In this document: piece after piece, positions 29,051 through 38,363 of the stretch
Numbering within the stretch: position 1 is the stretch's first letter
Layout of the letters: each line of letters begins with the position of its first letter
Origin: Chloroflexota bacterium
GTDB taxonomy: Bacteria; Chloroflexota; Dehalococcoidia; UBA2979
Length of the DNA: 64,000 bases
Assembly: GCA_027593235.1 (NCBI GenBank)
Contig: JAQCIU010000007.1
Location: 32,001-96,000 of the forward strand
Reading direction: 5' to 3'
Made by a program: the position numbers and the translations under genes
The notes under the pieces: model-generated
What the model was told of the DNA's origin: nothing
Database searches by the model: none
Seen by the model: only the letters and a program-made list of their open reading frames with translations

Positions 29051-29450
29051 CCCCCCGGGGCCTTCGGCCCTCAATGACGCTTCGCGGGGTGTCGGCCTTC
29101 CTCGGCGGTCACGCGACGCCCTAGCACCCCAATCGGAAGTCAGGTCCGAGCACCACCGCCGCGAGCCATCACCAAGGACCCGAGCAACGACCGGAACGGT
29201 CAAGAAGCCCCGAAGGGACCTTCGGCCCTCGATGACGCTTCGCGGGGTGTCGGCCTTCCTCGGCGGTCACGCGACGCCCTAGCACCTCGATCGGGACGCG
29301 GTCAGGACCGGGCCGGATCGGTCATCGCCGCGAACCCGCGCTGCCGCGCCGACGTGCCAACGAGGGACGCAGCGTCCAAGCACCGCCGCCACAAACCGAC
29401 ACCCGAGATTCAAGTAACGACCGGAACGGTCAAGAGCGCCCCGAAGGGGC
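29031..29450. repeat. Intergenic palindromic repeat mosaic with a 68-bp direct repeat (29061-29128, 29219-29286) and a ~20-bp repeat AACGACCGGAACGGTCAAGA x2
   Basis: Directly visible; one mismatch between the 68-bp copies; several TTCG-loop hairpins. Confidence 0.85.
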
Positions 29451-30464
29451 CTAGCGGAGGGGGACGGCGATTGGGTTGTAGCAGGCGGCGAAGTGGCCGG
29501 GCTCGTCGCCAACGGGCGCGAGGGGTGGGGCCGGATCGATACGGCACTGCGAGATCGCTTTCGGGCAGCGGGGGAGAAACGGGCACTGTGGCGGGAGATC
29601 GGTGAGATCGGGCGGCTGACCGCGTAGCGGGCGCAGGCGCGCCTGATGTGGGCCGGGCAGGCTCTGCAGCAGACCGTGGCTGTAGGGGTGACGAGGAGCG
29701 CGAAAGATCGTGCGGACATCGGCGCGTTCCACGATCTCGCCGGCGTACATCACGTGGACTCGATCGGCCATCCGCGCCACCACGCCGAAGTCGTGGGTGA
29801 TCAGCAGCAGGCCGACGCCTGCCTCGTCGCGGAGCTGCTCGAGGATTGCCAGCGTCTCCATGCGGACACCGGGATCGAGGCTGGCGGTCGGTTCGTCGGC
29901 GATGATCACGCGCGGCTTGAGCGCAATCGCCAGTGTGATCATCACCCGCTGCGCCATACCGCCGGAGAGCTGGAACGGATACGAATCGAAGGCGCGCTCC
30001 GCATCGGGCAGGATCCGTTTGAGGGCCGCCAGCGCCTCGACTTCCGCCTCGTGCTTGGTGATGTCGCGATGGGCCTGGTACAGCTCGACGAGCTGTTCGC
30101 GTACGCGGAGCGTTGGGGTGAGCGCGCTCAAGGCGTCCTGGAAGATCATCGATATTTGTTCGCCGCGGATCTTGCGGAGCTCTTCGCCAGGGAGATCGAG
30201 CAACGATCGACCGCGGTACCGTAAGGCGGTGGCGGTCACGGTGGCGTTCGCCGGGAGCAGCCCGAGTACGGCGTGACCGACGGTGCTCTTGCCGGCGGCA
30301 GATTCGCCGACCAGCGCCAGCGTCTCCCCGGCGCGCACCTCGAGCGATACGTCCCGAACGGCGGCGATCGTGTCATCGTCCGCGCGGTAGCCGACGGAAA
30401 GGCCCTCGATCGAGAGCAGCGGCTCTTCGGACCAGCGCCCGTCCGGCCCCTTACCCGATGTCAC
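29451..30464 (-). CDS. Oligopeptide/dipeptide ABC ATP-binding protein (OppD-like), orphan
   Basis: GESAAGKS, LSGGMAQR, HPY, C-terminal Cys-rich CPFLPRC...C...C. Confidence 0.92.
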   Translation of the reverse strand: MTSGKGPDGRWSEEPLLSIEGLSVGYRADDDTIAAVRDVSLEVRAGETLALVGESAAGKSTVGHAVLGLLPANATVTATALRYRGRSLLDLPGEELRKIRGEQISMIFQDALSALTPTLRVREQLVELYQAHRDITKHEAEVEALAALKRILPDAERAFDSYPFQLSGGMAQRVMITLAIALKPRVIIADEPTASLDPGVRMETLAILEQLRDEAGVGLLLITHDFGVVARMADRVHVMYAGEIVERADVRTIFRAPRHPYSHGLLQSLPGPHQARLRPLRGQPPDLTDLPPQCPFLPRCPKAISQCRIDPAPPLAPVGDEPGHFAACYNPIAVPLR

Positions 30465-30721
30465 GCCGCGCCACCCTCGCGTTCCATCGCGACAGCCTAC
30501 CCCCTTCGGGGGCTTTTTGACCCTTCGGGGTTGGGTGCGGGACGTTTGTGGGCTGGGCGAAGCGACGGGGCCGCTTCAGCCGCTGCTGTTGGGAGCCGGA
30601 TCTCGCGCGCGTCGCCTCGTCCCCGCGGTCCTCACGTCTGAACCCGGGGACAGCGGAAGAAACGAAACGCCCGCAGAAGGACGCCCGCACGCAGCGAAGC
30701 CCAGAAGGGGGTCGAAGACCC

Positions 30722-31375
30722 CTAGAGGGAGCGGATGGCGGTGACGACGCGGCCCTGGACCTCGATGTTGTCGGCGCCGGTGTAGATCGGGGCCATCGTC
30801 GAGTTCATTGGCTGGAGGCGGACGCGATCACCTTCGTGGAAGAACTTCTTGAGGGTGGTCTCATTCTCCGCCTTGAGCCAGACGGCGACCATCTCGCCGT
30901 CGTCGCAACTCTGGGTCGGCTCGAGAACCACGATGTCGCCATCGTTGATCAGCGCATCGATCATCGAGTTGCCCTCGACACGGAGCGCGAACACGTTGCT
31001 GCGGCCGCCGGTCTGCTCTTCGGTGAGTTCGATCGTCTCCATGGCGGTCTCCGCCGTGGCCGAATCCGGGGGCGTCGGGATCGGGATCCCGGCCGCGATC
31101 TTGCCGAGGAGCGGCACGGGGATCGTGCGGCGACGGCTGCCGTTGGTGCCACCGAGGAGTTCAATCGCTCGCGAGACCTCGCGGTCGCGGCGGATGAAGC
31201 CCTTCTCTTCGAGCCGTTTCAGGTTGTAGTCCACCACCGAGGTGGAGGAGATGTCACAGCCGGACTGGATGTCGCGAATGGACGGCGGATAGTCGTGATC
31301 TGAGATGAAGGCTTCGAGGAAGCGCAGGATCCCCTGCTGCTTGCTCGACAGTTCCTCGAATTGCGGATCAGCCAC
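30722..31375 (-). CDS. lexA: SOS repressor LexA
   Basis: YPPSIRDI, AAG cleavage site, GNSM, TLKK; GTG start with SD GAGGAG. Confidence 0.96.
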   Translation of the reverse strand: MADPQFEELSSKQQGILRFLEAFISDHDYPPSIRDIQSGCDISSTSVVDYNLKRLEEKGFIRRDREVSRAIELLGGTNGSRRRTIPVPLLGKIAAGIPIPTPPDSATAETAMETIELTEEQTGGRSNVFALRVEGNSMIDALINDGDIVVLEPTQSCDDGEMVAVWLKAENETTLKKFFHEGDRVRLQPMNSTMAPIYTGADNIEVQGRVVTAIRSL

Positions 31376-31506
31376 GGTTATCTCCTCTGCCCTCCGGCCG
31401 GCTCCACGCTGAGAGCACGACAACCGAGGAACGTTGCGCCCCACCGCGCGTGTCCCGGATCCGCCAATCGGTCCGCGGCCACTGACCACGGTAGCCGGCG
31501 GCTCCG

Positions 31507-31558
31507 GCACATATGTTCTGTTCCGAACAAACGTACCGCCCGTCCCGAAACACGTCAA
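31507..31558 (-). promoter_or_regulatory. lexA promoter with two SOS boxes
   Basis: TTGACG-N17-TACGTT; GAACAAACGTAC (31525-31536) and GCACATATGTTC (31507-31518) fit GAAC-N4-GTTC with one mismatch each. Confidence 0.8.
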
Positions 31559-31707
31559 CAACGCCAGCGGTAGCCGCGCGCCGCGGCCCGCGCGGTAGGA
31601 TCCGCTCGCTGCGCGGCCGCACCCGACCGACCGCGACCGACGGGGCGCGATACGGAACAGCGGCGGACCGCGCCACGAGCGAACATGGGACAAGGCGAGG
31701 AGCACGG

Positions 31708-32460
31708 ATGGCGGCCGGACTCGAGGATCTGTTTGGGCGCGAGGCTCCCGGTGAGCCAGACGAGGCGGCCGGCGAGCTGCGCCGCGCACTCGTGGTTGCC
31801 GCGCACCCGGACGACGCCGACTTCGGCGCGGCCGGCACCGCCCACCTGCTGGCGCAGGCCGGCTGGGAGGTGCGCTACGTCGTCGCGACCGACGGCTCGA
31901 AAGGGTCGGACGATCCGGCGCTGACGCCCGATCAGCTCGTGACGATGCGCGCCCAGGAGCAACGCGATGCGGCGGTGCTGCTCGGCGTGCAGAGCGTCGG
32001 GTTCCTCGGGTTCACCGACGGGGAGCTGGTGCGCGATCTCGTGCTGCTCGAGGCGGTGGTGCGCGAGATTCGCGCGTTCAAACCGTTCGCGGTCTACACG
32101 CACGATCCGGAGCCGGTGATCATTCGCAACGGGTTCGTGAACCACAGCGATCACCGGGCGACCGGGCTCGCCACCGTTGACGCGGTCTATCCGGCGGCGC
32201 GCGATCGGCTCAACTTCCCGCAGCACCTCGCGGAGGGGCTGACGCCGCACAAGGTGCGCGAGCTCTACCTCTGGGGCGCGAATGAGCCCAACTTCGAGGT
32301 GGACATCACCGACGTCGTCGACGTGAAGATCGCGTCCCTCGTCGCCCACGACAGCCAGTTCGACGTGAACGACGAGTTCCTCGCGGCGATGCGCACGTAC
32401 TGGAGCAACGCCGACGGGCGCTACGTCGAGGAGTTCCGCCGCATCACCCTCTTCCGCTGA
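31708..32460 (+). CDS. PIG-L/LmbE-family deacetylase
   Basis: AHPDDAD, HSDH, AHDSQ. Confidence 0.9.
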   Translation: MAAGLEDLFGREAPGEPDEAAGELRRALVVAAHPDDADFGAAGTAHLLAQAGWEVRYVVATDGSKGSDDPALTPDQLVTMRAQEQRDAAVLLGVQSVGFLGFTDGELVRDLVLLEAVVREIRAFKPFAVYTHDPEPVIIRNGFVNHSDHRATGLATVDAVYPAARDRLNFPQHLAEGLTPHKVRELYLWGANEPNFEVDITDVVDVKIASLVAHDSQFDVNDEFLAAMRTYWSNADGRYVEEFRRITLFR

Positions 32461-32585
32461 GCCTTCGGCTCCTTGGCCACGATCTTGCGGTGCTGGTGGC
32501 GGTCGGTCGGGGCGTTGGGTACTGGGCCCGGTCGTTCGAGGGCCGGTCGTTCAAGGGCGGGCGCGGGGGAAGGTAGGTGGGGGTT

Positions 32586-33125
32586 GTGGCGACGGTGACA
32601 CCGGCCTTCTGTCCGCGTTGCGGTGGGGCGATCCCGGAAGCGGCCGCGGGTGATCGACCGACCTGCCCCGCCTGCGGTTACGTCTCCTACGCCGATCCGA
32701 AGGTCGCGACCGGCGTGCTAGTGTCGCGACCCGCGAGGGCGCCCGCCACTCTCGATCACACCGGCGGCGCCGGCCTCGAGCTGCTGCTGGTGCGGCGCAA
32801 TCACGAGCCGGCCCTCGGGCGCTGGGCCTTTCCCTCGGGGTTTGTCGACGCCGGCGAGGTGGTCGAGGAGGCGGCGGCACGGGAGGTGCGCGAGGAGACG
32901 AACGTCGAGGTGCAGCTCGACGGGCTGATCGGCGTCTATTCGGAGGCCGGCAATCCCGTGGTCTTCATCGCCTTCGCCGGTACCCACGTCGCCGGGGAGG
33001 CGGTCGCCGGTGACGAGGCGTTCGAGGTCGCCTGGTTCAGCCCCGACGCGCTACCCGATCTGGCGTTCCCTCACGACGGTCGAGTCCTCGAGGATTGGCG
33101 CGCCAGCTTCGCTCCAGAGCTGTGA
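32586..33125 (+). CDS. NUDIX hydrolase with N-terminal zinc ribbon
   Basis: FCPRCG...CPACG; GFVDAGEVVEEAAAREVREET; start uncertain. Confidence 0.9.
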   Translation: MATVTPAFCPRCGGAIPEAAAGDRPTCPACGYVSYADPKVATGVLVSRPARAPATLDHTGGAGLELLLVRRNHEPALGRWAFPSGFVDAGEVVEEAAAREVREETNVEVQLDGLIGVYSEAGNPVVFIAFAGTHVAGEAVAGDEAFEVAWFSPDALPDLAFPHDGRVLEDWRASFAPEL

Positions 33126-33260
33126 CGAACGTTCGGACCAGTCAGGAACGACTGGCGAAACGACGCTGATCCAGAATGGGCATCGGGTTATGCTCGGGCG
33201 CGAATCCCAACCCGCAATTCGCTGATGCACGCTGAATGATCTGGACCGAGGAGCTTCCCC

Positions 33261-33596
33261 ATGAAAGTCACGCTCACCCTGACCGAACGCGGCGCCGATC
33301 ACCACGAGCAGGTACGCGCGCTGCTGCGCGAGGCGCTCGACGATTCGGGCCTGCAGGAGGTCCAGGTCGAAGAGACGACGATCCGCGACGATGAGGACGC
33401 GATCAAGATCAAGTGCCTCGGCTCGCCGACGATCCGGATCAACGGGTTCGACGTGGAGTACCAGGAGCGCGAGCCGGACGAGACGACCGCGGGCGTGCGC
33501 TACTACAACACGCCGGCCGGCTGGAAGTCGGTCCCCGAGAAGGGGATCATCCTGCGCGCCATCGACAAGGCAATAGAGGCCGAAGCCGCCTCCTAG
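33261..33596 (+). CDS. Thioredoxin-fold protein resembling the DUF2703/DF family, lacking the usual cysteines
   Basis: GSPTIRING.D motif; SD GAGGAG. Confidence 0.6.
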   Translation: MKVTLTLTERGADHHEQVRALLREALDDSGLQEVQVEETTIRDDEDAIKIKCLGSPTIRINGFDVEYQEREPDETTAGVRYYNTPAGWKSVPEKGIILRAIDKAIEAEAAS

Positions 33597-33811
33597 CCCC
33601 TTCGGGGCTCGACGGTGCTTCGCCAGGTCACTCGGCCCCTTCGGGGCTCGACGGTGCTTCGCCAGGTCACTCGGCCCCTTCGGGGCTCGACGGTGCTTCG
33701 CCGGGTCGTTCGAGGCGGGGTGCCGCGCTTCGCGGGGCCACTTCGTGGCTCGACGGTGCTTCGCCAGGTCACTCGAGGCGGGGTGCCCCGCTTCGCGGGT
33801 GCCCTTCGGGA
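33596..33811. repeat. Tandem array of 39-bp palindromic units (4 copies plus two ~24-bp linkers)
   Basis: GCCCCTTCGGGGCTCGACGGTGCTTCGCCAGGTCACTCG at 33596 and 33635, variants at 33674 and ~33737. Confidence 0.9.
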
Positions 33812-33865
33812 GTCGGCGGTCGATTGAGGCCACGGGGCCGGGCTGCAGCGGTTACGATCGTGGTG

Positions 33866-34375
33866 ATGACCAACGACGATCAGCACACGCCAGATCCGCC
33901 GCTGGGCGGCACGCCGCCGGATGCGCGGACCTCGTTCCGGTCGGCGCTGCGCGGGTTGCTCCGCGCGGCTTCCGAGGTGGCGGAGACCGGCGTCGAGGAA
34001 GCACGCAAGCTCGCCGAGGCCGCGCGGCCAGAGGTGGAGCGCCGCGCCCGACAGGCGAAAGCCGCCGCAGAGGCCGCCCGTCCGCACATCGAGGGCAAGG
34101 CGCGCGAAGCGACGGACTACGTCCGCGATCACCAGGACGACATCGTGCGCGCCTCGAAGCGGGGGGCGGAGGTCGCTGCTTCGACGGCGGCGCACGCGGT
34201 GACGCCTCGGCCGCTGCGACCGGCGATCGACGCGATGAGCCGCGAGCTGCGCGGCTCGGCAAAGCCGCGGTCAGCCGATTCCGACGCCGCGCAGCCCTCG
34301 ACCGCGCCTGACGCGCCCGAGTCCGCCGCTCCCGAGACGAGCGACTCCGAGCCCACAGACATACCGACGGCGTAG
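33866..34375 (+). CDS. Helical Ala/Glu/Arg-rich hypothetical protein
   Basis: Typical codon usage; amphipathic repeats; acidic disordered tail. Confidence 0.6.
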   Translation: MTNDDQHTPDPPLGGTPPDARTSFRSALRGLLRAASEVAETGVEEARKLAEAARPEVERRARQAKAAAEAARPHIEGKAREATDYVRDHQDDIVRASKRGAEVAASTAAHAVTPRPLRPAIDAMSRELRGSAKPRSADSDAAQPSTAPDAPESAAPETSDSEPTDIPTA

Positions 34376-34458
34376 CCGGGCCCCTCCCCGCAACTGATTG
34401 CGGGCTGATCAGCGACCGACGCCCAGTACCCAATACCCGCTCGACAGGCGCGAAGCGC

Positions 34459-35760
34459 TCAAGAAGGGGTCGAAGACCCCGAAGACATCCCCGCGCGGGC
34501 GGCGGCTTCGCGGAAGGTGGGGCGGCGCATCAGGATGGCGGCGGCGGTCCAGAGCAGGGCCGCCAGCACGAAGCCACCGGTGTAGAGGCCGAACGGGATC
34601 GAGTACGAATCGGTCAGATCGAACAGGAACGCGCCGGCGAGCGGGCCGGCTACCTGCCCGCCGAAACTGATCATCGAGACGAGCCCGCTCACCGCCCCGT
34701 AGTGGCGCACGCCGAAGGCGCGGGTGATCAGCAACGGCTCGATCATCGGCGCGAACGCGCCGCCGAGGCCCCAGAACGCCACCCAGGTCAGGATGCCGCC
34801 AGTCCCCGTGCTGGCCACTAGCGCCCCCGTCGCGATCGCCTGCGCGATCGCCACCGCCACGCCGAGGGCAAAGACTCGATCGACGCGGTACAGGACCAGG
34901 CTGAGCGGCGGCCGTGCCACCGTCCGGATCAGCGCCGTCGCCGCGAGCAGAGCGGCGCCCGATGAGACCTTGTGGCTGTTGAAGAAGTCGACGATCAGGT
35001 TGTTGACGGAGCCCTGGCCCAGGAAGAACAGCAGCATCCCCAGCGCGACGAGCCAGAACACCACCGACCGCAGCGCCTCGCGCGAACTGAACCCCCACTC
35101 GACGACGTCGATGTCCTCCTCGCCGACCGAGCCAACCGGGCGCAGCCCGAGGTCACGCGGGCGATCCGCGACGATCAGCAGCGCGACGATGCCGTGCAGC
35201 ACGAGGATCGCGACACCACTGGTGAACATCACCTGCTGCCAGCCGGAGATGCTCTCAACCCAGGCAAAGATCGGGAGCACGACCGCCCCGCCCATACCGA
35301 AGCCGGTCGTGGCGAGGCCCAGCGAGGTCTGGCGCGGACGGCCCTCGAACCAGCGGGTGATCAGCCAGTTGTACGGAATTGGCATCAGGAACGGCCGGGC
35401 GAGGCTGACCGCGATCCAGCCCAGGTAGAACTGCCAGAGATTCGTCGAGAACGACGTCGCAATGAACGCGGCCGGCATCGCGAGACTGCCGATCAACAGC
35501 ACGCGCCGCGCCCCGTTGCGATCGATGTACCCGCCGATCCACGGCCCGATCAGCGCGAACAGCACCTGTCCGACCGTGAACGCCCCGACCACCGCAGTCC
35601 GGCTCACGTCGAAGTCCTTCGGGATCGAGGTGATGTAGAGCGCGACGACCCAGAACGTGCCGCCCGCGGTCACGCTGTTCGTCAGGATTGCGGCGACGAC
35701 GATCACCCACCCGTAGTGGACGGGCGATCGCTGCGCGAGCGCTCTCATCAGCGGAGCCAC
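34459..35760 (-). CDS. MFS transporter
   Basis: HYGWVIV, GGYIDRNGARR, FGVRHYG. Confidence 0.88.
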   Translation of the reverse strand: MAPLMRALAQRSPVHYGWVIVVAAILTNSVTAGGTFWVVALYITSIPKDFDVSRTAVVGAFTVGQVLFALIGPWIGGYIDRNGARRVLLIGSLAMPAAFIATSFSTNLWQFYLGWIAVSLARPFLMPIPYNWLITRWFEGRPRQTSLGLATTGFGMGGAVVLPIFAWVESISGWQQVMFTSGVAILVLHGIVALLIVADRPRDLGLRPVGSVGEEDIDVVEWGFSSREALRSVVFWLVALGMLLFFLGQGSVNNLIVDFFNSHKVSSGAALLAATALIRTVARPPLSLVLYRVDRVFALGVAVAIAQAIATGALVASTGTGGILTWVAFWGLGGAFAPMIEPLLITRAFGVRHYGAVSGLVSMISFGGQVAGPLAGAFLFDLTDSYSIPFGLYTGGFVLAALLWTAAAILMRRPTFREAAARAGMSSGSSTPS

Positions 35761-35949
35761 CTGCCGGTCGGGTACTCGATGGGGTGCTCGGGGGAACGAT
35801 CACGATAGGCGCGCATCGAAGCACGAACCATTACCGAGCCTTGAACTTCATCACCCCTGCAATCGACTCGTTCGCCCGGCCCAACGCCTCTGGTATCGTG
35901 CGCCGGGCGCGACCAGCGCTCGCAGCGAGATCACAATGGGGGACTTCCG

Positions 35950-37020
35950 ATGAAGGTAGCGATCAGCCTCGGGCGCGAAGCGATCACCGACTGGGACGCG
36001 GTGTCCACCTACGCGATCGAGGGCGAGAAGCTCGGCGTCGACTGCATCTGGACCGCCGAGGCCTGGGCGCACGACGTGATGACACCGCTCGCCTACCTCG
36101 CGGCAAAGACCGAGAAGATCCACCTCGGTACCAGCATCATGCAGATTGGCACGCGCACGCCCTCGCTGGTGGCGATGACGGCGATGGCGCTCGACGGCAT
36201 GTCGAACGGGCGCTTCCGGCTCGGCGTCGGCAGCAGCGGCCCGCAGGTGATCGAGGGCTGGCACGGCATCCCCTTCGCGAAGCCGCTGCAGCGGACGCGC
36301 GAGGTGATCGAGATCGTCCAGCGGATCTTCAACGGCGAGAAGCTGAGCTGCGACGGGGAGTTCTACCAGCTCCCGCTGCGCGACGGCGGATCCGGCGAGG
36401 GCAAAGCGCTGATCCCGGGCGCGCCGTCACCCAAGAACGTTCCGATCTACATCGCGTCGCTGGGCCCGAAGAACCTGCGCATGACCGGCGAGTTGGCCAA
36501 CGGCTGGTTGGGCACCTCGTTCCTCCCCGAGCACGCGAGCCTCTTCCTCGACCCGATCCGCGAGGGCGCCGAGGCGCACGGCCGCCGCTTCGAGGACATG
36601 GACATCCAGGTCGGCGGCACCGTCTGGTTCACGGACGACATCGACGCCGCCGCGCAGGCGCTCAAGCCGGGGCTCGCGTTCCAGTTGGGCGCGATGGGTT
36701 CGAAGGCCCACAACTTCTACAACGACGCCTACCGCCGCCAGGGCTGGGCGGACGAAGCGCTCGAGATCCAGCGGCTCTGGCTTTCCGGCGAACGTGACGC
36801 CGCCCGCGCGCGCGTCCCCGACGAGATGGTGCTCAGCGGCAACCTGATCGGTGACGAGGACACGATCCGCGAGCGCCTCCGCGCCTACCGCGACGTCGGC
36901 ATCACCACCTTCCGCGCCGGACCGCGCGGCACGGACATGGCGGAGCGCCTCGAAACGCTCGGCCGCTTCATGGACATCGTGGCGCAGGTCAGCGCGGAAC
37001 CCGTCGGCGCCGCGAGGTAA
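35950..37020 (+). CDS. LLM-class, probably F420-dependent, oxidoreductase
   Basis: WTAEAW, GRFRLGVGSSGPQVIEGWHG, GPKN. Confidence 0.9.
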   Translation: MKVAISLGREAITDWDAVSTYAIEGEKLGVDCIWTAEAWAHDVMTPLAYLAAKTEKIHLGTSIMQIGTRTPSLVAMTAMALDGMSNGRFRLGVGSSGPQVIEGWHGIPFAKPLQRTREVIEIVQRIFNGEKLSCDGEFYQLPLRDGGSGEGKALIPGAPSPKNVPIYIASLGPKNLRMTGELANGWLGTSFLPEHASLFLDPIREGAEAHGRRFEDMDIQVGGTVWFTDDIDAAAQALKPGLAFQLGAMGSKAHNFYNDAYRRQGWADEALEIQRLWLSGERDAARARVPDEMVLSGNLIGDEDTIRERLRAYRDVGITTFRAGPRGTDMAERLETLGRFMDIVAQVSAEPVGAAR

Positions 37021-37085
37021 CGCGAGCGTCACCTTCCCACCGAGGGATCAGCAGCCGTCCACACCCCGTGTCGAGGCGCGAAGCG

Positions 37086-38363
37086 TCAGGAGGGGGTCGA
37101 AGACCCCGAAGACCCCTCGCGGCCGAGGGTGAGGCCGAGGACGTTGGACAGCTCGATGAGTGAGGGGATCGCGGTTTCGCCACCGACCTGACCGCTCTCG
37201 ATCTCTTGCGCGAGCTGGATCAGAGCGCGGATCGCGCCCGGGGTATCGAGGTCGTTGTCCATCGCGTCCATGAATGCGTTGCGGAACGGCTCGGCGCGCA
37301 ACGCGCCATCGCCGGCGGCAGCGGTTCGCTCCGACGCGCGCAGCAGCAGTGCCGCGTTCTCCTCTTGCGAGGCAAGCGCGTCTTCCGAGAAGTCGCGATC
37401 GGCGCGGTAGTGCACGCTCAGCAGCAGCAGCCGGATCGCGTCGGGCGTGTGCCCGGCGCCCAGCAACTCGCTCACCTTCACCAGGTTGCCCAGCGACTTC
37501 GACATCTTCACGCCATCGAGGCCCATCGTCCCGTTGTGCACCCAGTAGCGGACGTACGGACCGGTCCCGGTGAAGCACTCGCTCTGCACGATCTCGCTGT
37601 CGTGGTGCGGGAACGCGAGGTCGCGCCCGCCGCCGTGAATATCGATCTGATCGCCGAGCGCCGTCCGCGCCATCGCCGAACACTCGATGTGCCAGCCGGG
37701 GCGGCCCGGTCCCCAGGGCGAATCGAAGGTGGCGCCCGGATCGTTCGAGGGCTGCCAGACCAGGAAGTCGAGGGGATCGCGCTTCAGGTGATCCGGCTCG
37801 TTCGGCATCGTGTCCGTACGCGGCCCGGTTCGCAGTTCCTCTTGCGTACGCCCGGAGAGACGACCGAAGTGCGGCGTGCCGGACCGATCGAAGAAGACGT
37901 AGCCGTCGACCTCGTAGGCGTGACCCGAGGCGACGAGCGACGAAACCATCTCGATGATCTGGGGGATGTGCTCGGAGACGCGCGGGAACGCGTCCGGGCG
38001 CTGCACGGCAAGCGCGTCCATCTCCTCCAGGTAGATGCGGTGGTTCAGATCGGTCAGCCCGGCGATCGTGATGCCGAGTTCCCTGGATTTGCGGACCATG
38101 TCGTCGTCGATGTCCGTGATGTTCTGGATGTGATGGACGGTGTAGGCGTTGAACTCCAGCCAACGCCGGAGCGTGTCCTGGACCACGTAGACGAGTGCAT
38201 GACCGAGGTGCCCCACGTCGTACGGGGTGACGCCGCAGACGTACATCTTGACGACGCCTGGCTCCAGCGGCTCGAACGGCTCCAGCTCACGGGAGAGCGT
38301 GTTGTAGAGGTGAAACCCACCGTGTGGGCGCGGTTGCAGGTCGTCACGCGGGGGTTGCAGCAG
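37086..38363 (-). CDS. CysRS-like ligase without anticodon-binding domain (MshC-like), probable CTG start
   Basis: LYNTLSR, MYVCGVTPYD, HLGH, GRPGWHIECS, KMSKS; ends right after the DLDTP helical bundle. Confidence 0.85.
   Translation of the reverse strand: MLQPPRDDLQPRPHGGFHLYNTLSRELEPFEPLEPGVVKMYVCGVTPYDVGHLGHALVYVVQDTLRRWLEFNAYTVHHIQNITDIDDDMVRKSRELGITIAGLTDLNHRIYLEEMDALAVQRPDAFPRVSEHIPQIIEMVSSLVASGHAYEVDGYVFFDRSGTPHFGRLSGRTQEELRTGPRTDTMPNEPDHLKRDPLDFLVWQPSNDPGATFDSPWGPGRPGWHIECSAMARTALGDQIDIHGGGRDLAFPHHDSEIVQSECFTGTGPYVRYWVHNGTMGLDGVKMSKSLGNLVKVSELLGAGHTPDAIRLLLLSVHYRADRDFSEDALASQEENAALLLRASERTAAAGDGALRAEPFRNAFMDAMDNDLDTPGAIRALIQLAQEIESGQVGGETAIPSLIELSNVLGLTLGREGSSGSSTPS

Noticed and set aside
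29061-29286. CRISPR mini-array or IS ends
   Set aside because: The 68-bp repeat is too long, there are only two copies, and no transposase or target duplication is evident.
33596-33811. CRISPR array
   Set aside because: Units are contiguous with no unique spacers, and no cas genes are in the window.
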